Source of the DNA: Micrococcales bacterium
GTDB lineage: Bacteria; Actinomycetota; Actinomycetes; S36-B12; UBA10799
DNA length: 64,000 nucleotides
Direction: 5' to 3'
Assembly: GCA_016703125.1 (NCBI GenBank)
Contig: JADJCR010000001.1
Coordinates: 71,173 to 135,172, forward strand
A program made the translations under genes and the position numbers. The first letter of the stretch is position 1. The number at the start of each line of letters is the position of its first letter. This document shows positions 31,746 to 40,492 of the stretch, piece after piece. The notes under the pieces are model-generated. The model saw nothing but the letters and a program-made list of their open reading frames with translations. It searched no databases and had not been told where the DNA came from.

Positions 31746-32441
31746 ATGGGCGGCATGCGACCCGTGATCGGACTGACCGCCTACGTCGAGCCGGCCCGGT
31801 GGGCGGCCTGGCACACCGACGCCACCTTGCTGCACGCCTGGTACCCGGAGGCGGTGATCCGCTCGGGCGGCATTCCGGTGCTGTTGCCCCCGCAGCAGGA
31901 AGCGGCGGCCGAACTGGTCTCGCGCATCGACGGGCTGATCCTCACCGGCGGGCCGGACATCGGCGCGACGATGTACGGCCAGGACCCGCATCCGAGCAAC
32001 GACCGGCCCCGGCATCTGCGTGATGAGTTCGAGGTGGCGGTCTACCGAGCGGCCCGGGAGGTGGATCTGCCGGTATTGGGCATCTGCCGCGGATTGCAGA
32101 TCATGGCGGTGGCCGAGGGCGGATACCTCACACAGCACCTGCCGGACGTGACGGATCTCCCACACCGCATCAAGCTCGGGACGTTCACCGAGCACACCGC
32201 GACCTTCGCGCCGGGGTCGATGATCAGCCAGTTGCTGGGTGCGGAGATGATCGTCAACTCCTCGCACCACCAGGCTGTGGCCGACCCGGGGCGACTGCAG
32301 GTCACGGGGCGGGCGGCCGACGCAACCATCGAGGCGTGCGAGGCGTCCGGGGCGCGGTTCGCCCTCGGCGTGCAGTGGCATCCGGAGCACGGCGGCGATG
32401 TGCGGTTGTTCCAGGCGCTGGTGGGGGCCTCGGCGCTTTAG
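31746..32441 (+). CDS. Gamma-glutamyl-gamma-aminobutyrate hydrolase-family protein (class-I glutamine amidotransferase-like, peptidase C26)
   Basis: Track ORF. It has GLILTGGPDI, LGICRGLQIM (nucleophile Cys), SSHHQAV and GVQWHPE. Confidence 0.8.
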   Translation: MGGMRPVIGLTAYVEPARWAAWHTDATLLHAWYPEAVIRSGGIPVLLPPQQEAAAELVSRIDGLILTGGPDIGATMYGQDPHPSNDRPRHLRDEFEVAVYRAAREVDLPVLGICRGLQIMAVAEGGYLTQHLPDVTDLPHRIKLGTFTEHTATFAPGSMISQLLGAEMIVNSSHHQAVADPGRLQVTGRAADATIEACEASGARFALGVQWHPEHGGDVRLFQALVGASAL

Positions 32442-32469
32442 GTGGGCGGACTCCAGCCGCCGCCATCAC

Positions 32470-33537
32470 TTAGCCGGCGAGGCCGTGCAGTGCCGCAGCC
32501 ACCAGCCGCCCGAGGGTCGGGAGGTGGTATCCGCCCTCTTGGACAGCGACGACCGGGACGCCGAGGGCTGCGACCTGCCGGGTAGCGCTGCGGTACCCCT
32601 GCTCGGAGACCCGCAGCGGGCTCTCGGGGTCGTCGGCCGCCGCGTCGACACCGAGGGAGAGCACCAAGGCGCCGGGGTCGAACCGGGCAACCGCCTCGAT
32701 GGCGGTTCCCACTGCGGCCAACCAGCCCTGATCCCCCGTGCCCTCTGGGAGGGGGAGATTGAGGTTCGCCCCCTTGCCGGCCCCCCGGCCGGTCTCGTCG
32801 GAGAAGCCGAGGTAGTGCGGGAACCAGCCTGCGCCGGGGTCGACATGCACCGACGTCACCAGCACGTCCGACCGGTCGTAGAAGATCGACTGCGTCCCGT
32901 TGGCGTGGTGGGCATCCACGTCGACCACCGCCACCCGGTCGTGCCCGGCCGAGCGCAGCGCCTGTGCCGCGATGGCCGCGTTGTTCAGGTAGCAGGAGCC
33001 CCCGAAGGCGTCCCGCGTGACATGGTGACCCGGCGGGCGGCAGGCGGCGTATGCGGCAGCCGCCCCCGAGCAGACGAGGTCGACCGCGGTCAGGGCCGCG
33101 TCAGCCGCTGCTCGGGCGGCGGGATACGTACCCGGGCCGACCAGCGTCATCGTGTCGTAGCAGAAGCGGCCCGCGCGGGCGTGGGCGGCGGTCGGCGGAC
33201 GCAGTGGCAGCCCTGACAGCAACCCCTGCGTGGGGAACAGGTATCCGACCACGCGGTCCTGACCGGGCTCCTCGGGCAAGCCCGCCGCCACCCACTGCGC
33301 ATACGCGTCGGCAAGGTAGTCCAGCAGTGCGGCGTCGTGGACGGCCAGCACGGGTTCGTCGCCGTGAGCGGTTGCCGCAACGATCGGGTGGCCGGCCGCG
33401 GCCAGGGCGGCCCGAATTACCTCGAGCCGCTCGGGCACCTCGGTCCCGGGCGTGTGGATGCCGACCCACACCTCCCCGCCCGGCACATGGAGCAGGCAGT
33501 CGTCCGACCAGACCACGGGGAGCGTCATGTGCGGCAT
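32470..33537 (-). CDS. Histone-deacetylase-family protein (acetylpolyamine/acetoin-type amidohydrolase)
   Basis: Track ORF 32470..34260 trimmed to MPHMTLPVVW (ATG 33537 or 33528). Motifs are CRPPGHH, VVDVDAHHANGTQSIFY and VAVQEGGY. Confidence 0.85.
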   Translation of the reverse strand: MPHMTLPVVWSDDCLLHVPGGEVWVGIHTPGTEVPERLEVIRAALAAAGHPIVAATAHGDEPVLAVHDAALLDYLADAYAQWVAAGLPEEPGQDRVVGYLFPTQGLLSGLPLRPPTAAHARAGRFCYDTMTLVGPGTYPAARAAADAALTAVDLVCSGAAAAYAACRPPGHHVTRDAFGGSCYLNNAAIAAQALRSAGHDRVAVVDVDAHHANGTQSIFYDRSDVLVTSVHVDPGAGWFPHYLGFSDETGRGAGKGANLNLPLPEGTGDQGWLAAVGTAIEAVARFDPGALVLSLGVDAAADDPESPLRVSEQGYRSATRQVAALGVPVVAVQEGGYHLPTLGRLVAAALHGLAG

Positions 33538-33546
33538 GATGCCACC

Positions 33547-34626
33547 ATGCCGCCCGCCTTCCTCGCTCAACCCTGGGGTCGTTTCCCGACCGGTCCGACC
33601 GACTCTGTGCTCGACGTACCCGGGGCCGGGCTGGGCCACGCGACGATCGTCCGCGATGACGCCGACCCGCCGGCGGGCGCCGGCATCGCCCGGACCGGGG
33701 TGACTGTCGTCGACCCTGGGGGCGACGTCTGGGCCAGCCCGGTGCCGGCGGGGGTCGCGGTCCTCAACGGTGCCGGCGAGCTGACCGGAAGCCTGCAGAT
33801 CCGCGAGTGGGGGCTGGTCGAGACCCCTGTCTTCCTCACCAGCACGATGCAGGTCGGCCGTGTCTATGACGCTGCGTGCCGGCTGCTCCTGGCTGAACAG
33901 CCGGAGATCGCGGACTCGGTGGTGATCCCGGTCGTGGGCGAGTGCGACGACTCGTGGCTCAACGACCCGCGCACCATGCATGTGACGGACGAGGACGTGG
34001 CCAAGGCGCTGGCCCAGGCGCGCCTCTCGGCCATGGAAGGCCTCCCCCCTGGGGGCCGGCCGGCATTGAGCGGTTGCGTGGGTGCGGGGACGGGGACCGT
34101 GTGCATGGGGTGGAAGGGCGGGATCGGGACCTCGTCGCGCATCCTGCCGGATGGCACCACTGTGGCCGTCGTGCTGCTCACGAACTTCGGCGCACCGCAC
34201 CAATTGACGCTCCGGGGACGGGCGGTGGGGGAGGAACCGGCCTGGTGGGCGGCACACCACCCCGAGCCGGCAGGCTCATGCATCGGGGTCGTCGTCACCG
34301 ACGCGCCGCTCGATCCAGCGGCAGCGACCCGCGTTGCAGCCCGGGTCGGTCTCGGGCTGGCGCGGTGCGGTTCGGTCGCACACCACGGCAGCGGCGAGAT
34401 CTTCTGCTGCCTGGCCACCGGCCTGCGCGTGCCGCGTGGCGAGGTGCCCGGTCGCGACGCGTGGACCGGGTCCCGACTGGACGACCTGTTCGAAGCCACA
34501 GTGGACGCGACCGAGTCCGCGGTGTGGGACAGCCTCCTGTATGCGACCACGACCACGGGGCGGCGTGGCCTCACGGTGCCGGCACTGCCGCAGGCGCGGC
34601 TCGCAGCCCTGCTGGGACCCCGCTGA
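33547..34626 (+). CDS. P1 (DmpA/S58-like) family aminopeptidase
   Basis: Track ORF 33337..34626 trimmed to ATG 33547 (or GTG 33529). Motifs are GLGHATIVRDD...GVTVV, NGAGEL, CMGWKGGIGTSSR and GVVVTDAPL. Confidence 0.75.
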   Translation: MPPAFLAQPWGRFPTGPTDSVLDVPGAGLGHATIVRDDADPPAGAGIARTGVTVVDPGGDVWASPVPAGVAVLNGAGELTGSLQIREWGLVETPVFLTSTMQVGRVYDAACRLLLAEQPEIADSVVIPVVGECDDSWLNDPRTMHVTDEDVAKALAQARLSAMEGLPPGGRPALSGCVGAGTGTVCMGWKGGIGTSSRILPDGTTVAVVLLTNFGAPHQLTLRGRAVGEEPAWWAAHHPEPAGSCIGVVVTDAPLDPAAATRVAARVGLGLARCGSVAHHGSGEIFCCLATGLRVPRGEVPGRDAWTGSRLDDLFEATVDATESAVWDSLLYATTTTGRRGLTVPALPQARLAALLGPR

Positions 34627-34636
34627 GCCAGCCTGC

Positions 34637-35612
34637 TCACGGGCCGGTCGGGCCCACCAGCCAGCAGGCGGCCTCGTGCCCGCCCGCCCCGGAAAGCATC
34701 GGGAGGGGCTTCTCCCGACAACTCGCGGCCACGTCGCGCGCCGCGCCGTCCCGCAGCGCAGGGCACCGGGGATGGAAGCGGCAGCCGGCCGGGATCGCAG
34801 TCGGGTCCGGGGGCTCGCCGGTGAGGACGATCGGGTCGACATGGTCGATCTCGGGCACCACCGACAGCAGTGCACGCGTGTAGGGATGCTTCGGCGCTGA
34901 CAGCACCTCCTCGGTGGGGCCCTGCTCCACGATCCGGCCGAGGTACATGACCGCGATGCGGTCGGCGATGTTCCAGGCGACCCCGAGGTCGTGGGTGACG
35001 ACCAGCAGGGACAACCCGAGTGACTCCCGCAGGGACAGCAGCAGGGCCAGGATCTCGCCCCCGGACGGACGCGTCCAGCGAACTCACCGGTTCGTCGGCG
35101 ATGATCACCCGCGGCTGCAGCACCAGTGCCCCGGCGATCACCACGCGCTGGCGCTGGCCGCCGGACAACTCGTGCGGGTACCGCAGGAAGAACCGCTCCG
35201 GAGGCCGCAGACCGGCGCGCGCGAGCGCGTCCGCGACGGCGCCCCTCTCGTCACCGTCGAACTTGTGCACCCGCAGCCCCTCCGCGACCGCTTCGTACAC
35301 CGACCGGCGTGGGTTGAGCGCTCCGGTGGGGTCCTGCAGAACGAGCTGCGTGGTGCGCCGGTGCTTCTTCAGTGCCGCTGAGGAGTACTCCAGCGGACGC
35401 CCATCGACCAGGACCTCGCCGCCCGACCGCCGTTCCAGGCCGAGCAGCGCCCGCGACAGTGTCGTTTTTCCACAGCCGCTCTCCCCGACGAGGGCGACGA
35501 TTTCGCCGCGCCCGAGGCTCAGGTCGACACCGTCGACGGCGCGGGCGGCCCGGTTGCCCCGCCCGTGGAACGTGACCTCCAGGCCGCGGGCCTGCAGGAC
35601 GGAATCGCTCAC
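34637..35612 (-). pseudogene. Peptide/nickel ABC transporter ATP-binding protein (DppF/OppF-like), frameshifted near 35056-35062
   Basis: The N-terminal part has Walker A GESGCGKTT, the signature LSGGQRQRV and Walker B IIADEPVSSLD. After ...DASVRG the frame is junk. EILALLLSLRESLGLSLLVVTHDLGVAWNIADR... continues in the +1 frame (track ORF 34637..35014). The break is at a G5/C5 run. Confidence 0.85.
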
Positions 35613-36580
35613 GTGCCCACCTCCGGGGCGAACAGGCAGGACGACCAGCGCCGATCACCGGAGGGGCGCAGCGCCACGTCCGTGGTCGCGCACTCGTCGC
35701 GTGCGACGGGGCAGCGCGGGTGGAACGCGCATCCTGAGGGCGCCTCGCCGGGGAACGGCGGGTCGCCCGGCAGGCCGCCGGGGCTGTAGCGGAAGCGCCG
35801 GTCCCCGATCCGCGGGTACGCGTCGCCCAGCGCGCGTGAGTAGGGGTGATGGGCCTGCTCGAAGACCTGGTCCGATGGACCGAGTTCGACGACCTGACCG
35901 GCGTACATGACAGCGAGGTCGTCGCAGGTGGACGCGAGGACGGACAGATCGTGGGAGATGAAGACCATGGCCAGGCCGAGATCCCGAACCCGTTCGGTGA
36001 GGACGTCCAGAACTTGCTGTTGGACCATCACGTCGAGGGCTGTCGTGGGCTCGTCGGCCACGATCAGTCGTGGTCCGCAGGCCAGCGCCATGGCGATCAT
36101 CACCCGCTGCTTCTGCCCTCCGGACAACTGGTGCGGGTACGACTGGGCTACCCGGGAGGGCAGGCCCACCTGCTCCAGCAGATCCCCGACGCGGGCGCGT
36201 GCCGTCGGTTCCGACACGGACTTCTCGTGCAGCCGGATCGGCTCGGCGATCTGCCGGCCGACGCGCTGCACCGGGTTCAGCGCGTGCATGGCTCCCTGGA
36301 ACACCACCGAGGCGCTCGCCCAACGGACCGCGCGCAGACGTCCCCACTTCATCGTGAGGACGTCCTCGCCCTCGAGCAACACGCGCCCGGTGACGGTCGC
36401 GGACTTGGGCAGCAGGCGCAGGACGGTCGAGGTCACGGTGGTCTTGCCCGAGCCGGACTCCCCGGCCAGTCCCAGCGAACGCCCGGCATCGACGGTCAGG
36501 GACACCTCACGGGCCGCGGGAAGGTCGCCTTGCGCGGACCGGTAGGTGACGCTGACGTCCTGCAGTTCCAGAACGGCCAT
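35609..36580 (-). CDS. Peptide/nickel ABC transporter ATP-binding protein (DppD/OppD-like)
   Basis: GESGSGKTT, LSGGQKQRVMIAMAL and IVADEPTTALD, with a C-terminal oligopeptide-type extension (HPYSRAL...CAFHPRCP). The ATG at 36580 lies 1 nt after the permease stop. Confidence 0.88.
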   Translation of the reverse strand: MAVLELQDVSVTYRSAQGDLPAAREVSLTVDAGRSLGLAGESGSGKTTVTSTVLRLLPKSATVTGRVLLEGEDVLTMKWGRLRAVRWASASVVFQGAMHALNPVQRVGRQIAEPIRLHEKSVSEPTARARVGDLLEQVGLPSRVAQSYPHQLSGGQKQRVMIAMALACGPRLIVADEPTTALDVMVQQQVLDVLTERVRDLGLAMVFISHDLSVLASTCDDLAVMYAGQVVELGPSDQVFEQAHHPYSRALGDAYPRIGDRRFRYSPGGLPGDPPFPGEAPSGCAFHPRCPVARDECATTDVALRPSGDRRWSSCLFAPEVGT

Positions 36581-36581
36581 G

Positions 36582-37514
36582 TCAGCGACCCCCGAGCCGC
36601 GGGTTGACAATCTGCTCGAGCGCTCGGCCGATCATCGTGAAGGAAAGCACCACCAGGACGACGCACAGTCCGGGTGGACCGATGTACCACCAGGCTCCTG
36701 CGGAGACCGCGCCATTGGAGAACGCCTGGTCCAGCGTGGCGCCCCACGACGGTCGCAACGGGTCGCCGAGTCCCAGGAACGACAGCGTCGTCTCCGAGAG
36801 GATCGCGATCGCGACGGTGAGGGTGGTGTTCGCCAGCACAAGGGGGAACACATTGGGGAGCACGTGACGGGTCATCTGGTGCCAGTTGCCGCTGCCCAGC
36901 GCCCGGGACCGCTCCAGGTACGGTCGGCCTTCGACCGACAGGGTCTGAGCCCGGATGAGTCGCGCGGTGCCGGCCCACGACGTGACGCCGATGACGACGA
37001 TGATGGTCAGCGTCGAACCACCGCCGAGGACGGTCGCCAGCACGATGGCCAAGGGGAGGAACGGGATCACCAGCACCCAGTCCGTCAGCCGTTGCAGAGT
37101 GGCGCCACCCAGCCCGGTGTAGTGACCGGAGGCGATCCCCACCGATGTCCCGATGAGCATGGAGATCAGGGTCGCAGCGATGCCGACGGTCAGGGACACC
37201 CGCGCACCCCACGCCAACAGGGCCATCATGGACCGCCCCGAGTCGTCGGTGCCCAGCCAGAACTCCCCAGACGGGGGCGCCAGCAGCTCTCCGGTGGCCC
37301 GCGTCACGCTGATGGTGTCCGGCGGGAACAGCACCGGGGCCAGCAGCGCCATCAAGGCGAAGAAGGCCAGGATCCCCAAACCCACCATCCCGGCCCGGTG
37401 CGTGCGGAACTGGCGCCAACCGCGCCCGAGAGCCTCGCGCCGGCGGATCCGGGCGATGGCGCGACGGCCCTGCGGCGGGGCCGATGCTCCGCCGCTCTGC
37501 TGGTCGCCGGCCAT
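36582..37514 (-). CDS. ABC transporter permease (DppC/OppC-like)
   Basis: Track ORF 36582..38123 trimmed to the ATG at 37514, which overlaps the upstream stop (ATGA). It has a BPD-transport core with ...SWAGTARLIRAQTLSVEGRPYLERSRALG.... Confidence 0.88.
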   Translation of the reverse strand: MAGDQQSGGASAPPQGRRAIARIRRREALGRGWRQFRTHRAGMVGLGILAFFALMALLAPVLFPPDTISVTRATGELLAPPSGEFWLGTDDSGRSMMALLAWGARVSLTVGIAATLISMLIGTSVGIASGHYTGLGGATLQRLTDWVLVIPFLPLAIVLATVLGGGSTLTIIVVIGVTSWAGTARLIRAQTLSVEGRPYLERSRALGSGNWHQMTRHVLPNVFPLVLANTTLTVAIAILSETTLSFLGLGDPLRPSWGATLDQAFSNGAVSAGAWWYIGPPGLCVVLVVLSFTMIGRALEQIVNPRLGGR

Positions 37515-38575
37515 CACTGCCTCACTCTCGGGTCGATCACGGCGTAGAGCAGGTCCGCCACGAGATTCGCCAGCACGACGCCGATGGAGAAGAGCAGGAA
37601 GATCGCCTGCAGCAGCGCGACGTCGGGGCCGCGCAGAGCCTCGTAGGACAGCAGCCCCAGACCCGGCCAGGAGAACACGGTCTCCACCGTGATGGCGCCG
37701 GACACTGTGAAGCCGAGGTTCAGGAAGATGAGGGTGATGGTGGGCAGCAGGGCGTTGGGGACGGCGTGCCGGCGGCGCACGAACTTGTCCGACAGCCCTT
37801 TGGCCCGGGCTGTGGTCAGGTAGTCCTCGTCCATCTCGTCCACCAGCGAGGAGCGCATCACCAGTGCGTACTCGGCGAGGTAGACCATGGTCAGCGTCGC
37901 GACGGGCAGCACCATGTGCCATGCGACGTCGAGCCATCCTGCCAGGGATGATGTGTCCACGCCCGGCGACGAGATCCCCCCGATCGGGAAGATGCCGGGC
38001 AGACCGAAGACCCCGACGCCGAAGACGATCAGCAGGATCATGCCGAGCCAGAACTCGGGCATCGAGTACAGCGTGAGCGTGACTCCGGTGGAGACCTTGT
38101 CGAAGGACTTGCCGTTGCGCCACCCCGCCTTGATCCCGATCCAGACGCCGATGATCGAGGCCAACACGATCGCCGTGCCCACCAGCAGCAGCGTGGGCCA
38201 GATGCGCTCGGTGACCAGTTCCCAGACGGGCCGGTTGAACTGGGCCGAGTCGATCGTGCTGGAGAACGGGTTCCCCAGGTAGGCGAGGAACTGCTCGAGG
38301 ACCGGACGGTTCAACTCGGCCCGCAGTTCGGCCAGTTGTTCGGGCGGCACGTTGCGCCCCCGCGTGTACATCCCGATGGGATCGCCGGGCAGGAGCCGGA
38401 ACAGGAAGAAGTTCACCACCAGGACGAACAGGAGGGTGCCCAGCGCCGCCCCTGTCTTACGCAGGGCGAAGCGCGCCCCGGGGGACAGGCCCCCCTTCTG
38501 CGTTCGCGAGAGGGGCGGCGGGCCGGGGATGGGGTCGGGACCCCCGCCCCCGGCGACATCCTGGATCAGCGACAC
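37514..38575 (-). CDS. ABC transporter permease (DppB/OppB-like)
   Basis: Track ORF. Motifs are LLPGDPIGMY... and ...EDYLTTARAKGLSDKFVRRRHAVPNALLPTITL. Confidence 0.88.
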   Translation of the reverse strand: MSLIQDVAGGGGPDPIPGPPPLSRTQKGGLSPGARFALRKTGAALGTLLFVLVVNFFLFRLLPGDPIGMYTRGRNVPPEQLAELRAELNRPVLEQFLAYLGNPFSSTIDSAQFNRPVWELVTERIWPTLLLVGTAIVLASIIGVWIGIKAGWRNGKSFDKVSTGVTLTLYSMPEFWLGMILLIVFGVGVFGLPGIFPIGGISSPGVDTSSLAGWLDVAWHMVLPVATLTMVYLAEYALVMRSSLVDEMDEDYLTTARAKGLSDKFVRRRHAVPNALLPTITLIFLNLGFTVSGAITVETVFSWPGLGLLSYEALRGPDVALLQAIFLLFSIGVVLANLVADLLYAVIDPRVRQ

Positions 38576-38582
38576 GGTTCCA

Positions 38583-40451
38583 CTACTCCACGTCGTCGTC
38601 GGAACGCCCCCGGCGGCCGATCAGCACGCCGCCGAGCACCAGCCCCACGGCGACCAGTACGCCGCCGACGATGAGCGCCGGGCTGATCCCTCCGCCGTCG
38701 GACGATGCGGTGTCACCTTCTTCAGCGGACACCGGCTCGATGCTCTCGTACGACCAGGTGCCGTACTGGAACAGCAGCACCCCGTCCGGCTCGGGCTGCG
38801 GAGTGAAGTTGGTCCAGCGGTCCGAGCGGTAGGCCGTCGGGTTGTCGTAGTAGACAGTCACGACGTAGGCGTTGCTGTCGTAGAGCAACTGCTGCATCTC
38901 CTTGACGATCTCGGCACGCTTGGCCGTGTCCGTCTCCAGTTTCTGCTCCTCATAGAGCTGGTCGTAGTCGGCGTCGCAGTAGAAGGAGTCGGACAGGCCG
39001 GCGAAGATCGTGCCGTCGTCCTCGGTTGACCGCTGGTCGCACGTGAAGGTCGACAGCTGGTAGTCCGGATCGGGTTCTACGACCCAGCCCCACTCGAACA
39101 TGTCGAAGTTGCCGTTGCCCACCCTCTCGTACAGGGTGTCCTCGCTGACGATCCGCACCTTGATCTCGATGCCGATCTGGGCCAGCCAGTCCTTGACGTA
39201 CTCGACCACCTTCTGCGACTCGCTGGACTCCTGCCGGCCGAGCAGACGCAGGGACATCCGCTCGCCGTCGGGGGAGACCCGCACCCCGTCGTCGCCGAGG
39301 GTGTAGCCGGCGGCTTCCAGGGTCGCTTTGGCCGCCTCGAGATCGAACGAGTTCTGATCGGCCGGCTCGAGGTGCAGGTTGGCGTACAGCGGCGGGATGA
39401 CCGTCGTGCCGGGAGTCGCGAAGCCGCCGTACACCTTGTCGGCCAGCACCTGCCGGTCGATCGCCTGCGCGATCGCGAGTCGCACCTGCGGGTCGAGCAC
39501 CAACTTGCTGCCGTCCCCGATAGGCGTGCCGTCGGTGAGGGCAGCGCCCATGTTGAAGGCGATCTGGTTGAACCCGGAGTACACACTCGGGACGGTGGTG
39601 ATGCCCTCGTCGCCGGCCAAGGAGTTGAAGACGTTCGCGGAGAGGTCGTTGGCGTAGTCGACCTCGCCCTTGCGCAAGGCCTCGGCGATCGCGTCGGTGT
39701 TCTTGTAGACGCGGAACACGACCTCGTCGGCTGCGGGCTTGCCGCCGTAGTAGTCGGGGTTGGCCGCGAATCGCATGAACTCGCCCTTGCGCCGCTCGAT
39801 CAGCACGAACGGGCCGCCGCCGACCACGGGCTCGCCGTCCTCGGGCTCGTTCTTGTAGGACTTGACCTGCTTGGCGTCGATGTTCTTCCAGATGTGCTCC
39901 GGGAGGATGTACACCGCCAGGTGGAGCATGATCGGCGAGGGCTTCTTGACGTACAGCACCAGCGTCGTGTCGTCCTCGGCGACGGCCTTGGTGATGTTCG
40001 ACGTGTAGCCGCCGTAGTTGGTCTGCTCGTAGTCGCCGTTGATGACCCGGTTGAACGTGTAGGCCGCGTCGCGCGCGGTCAGCGGCTGGCCGTCGCTCCA
40101 CTTCAGGCCGGGCCTGATCTTGTACGTCCAGTAGGTCTTGTCCGCGGACTCCTCCCAGGACTCCGCGAGACCGGGGACGGTGGAGAAGTCGGCCGCCGCA
40201 TATTCCGTGAGGGTGGGGTACATCATCTGGTAGGCCTCGAAGGAAGCGGCCGCGATGCCCGTGAACGGGTTCGTCGAGTCGACGTCCTGGGTGATGCCGA
40301 CCGTGAACACGGTCTTCTCCCCTGCGCTGGCCGGCGGCGGGACGGGGCTGTCCGACTCATCCGCGCTGGCCGGCAGCAGCGGGAGCGCGAGCAGCACCGC
40401 GATCGCGGCGGCGAACGCCGCGCGCGTGTTCCAACGTCGGCGTACCCTCAT
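38583..40451 (-). CDS. ABC transporter substrate-binding protein (family 5, peptide/nickel) with a Sec signal peptide and a C-terminal transmembrane anchor
   Basis: The ATG at 40451 follows gggaggaaacag. The signal is MRVRRRWNTRAAFAAAIAVLLALPLLPASA, with no lipobox Cys. The body is SBP_bac_5-like. The C-terminus is ISPALIVGGVLVAVGLVLGGVLIGRRGRSDDDVE. Confidence 0.88.
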   Translation of the reverse strand: MRVRRRWNTRAAFAAAIAVLLALPLLPASADESDSPVPPPASAGEKTVFTVGITQDVDSTNPFTGIAAASFEAYQMMYPTLTEYAAADFSTVPGLAESWEESADKTYWTYKIRPGLKWSDGQPLTARDAAYTFNRVINGDYEQTNYGGYTSNITKAVAEDDTTLVLYVKKPSPIMLHLAVYILPEHIWKNIDAKQVKSYKNEPEDGEPVVGGGPFVLIERRKGEFMRFAANPDYYGGKPAADEVVFRVYKNTDAIAEALRKGEVDYANDLSANVFNSLAGDEGITTVPSVYSGFNQIAFNMGAALTDGTPIGDGSKLVLDPQVRLAIAQAIDRQVLADKVYGGFATPGTTVIPPLYANLHLEPADQNSFDLEAAKATLEAAGYTLGDDGVRVSPDGERMSLRLLGRQESSESQKVVEYVKDWLAQIGIEIKVRIVSEDTLYERVGNGNFDMFEWGWVVEPDPDYQLSTFTCDQRSTEDDGTIFAGLSDSFYCDADYDQLYEEQKLETDTAKRAEIVKEMQQLLYDSNAYVVTVYYDNPTAYRSDRWTNFTPQPEPDGVLLFQYGTWSYESIEPVSAEEGDTASSDGGGISPALIVGGVLVAVGLVLGGVLIGRRGRSDDDVE

Positions 40452-40492
40452 CTGTTTCCTCCCTGGGTGATCACTGGTGCTAGCGTCCGGCC

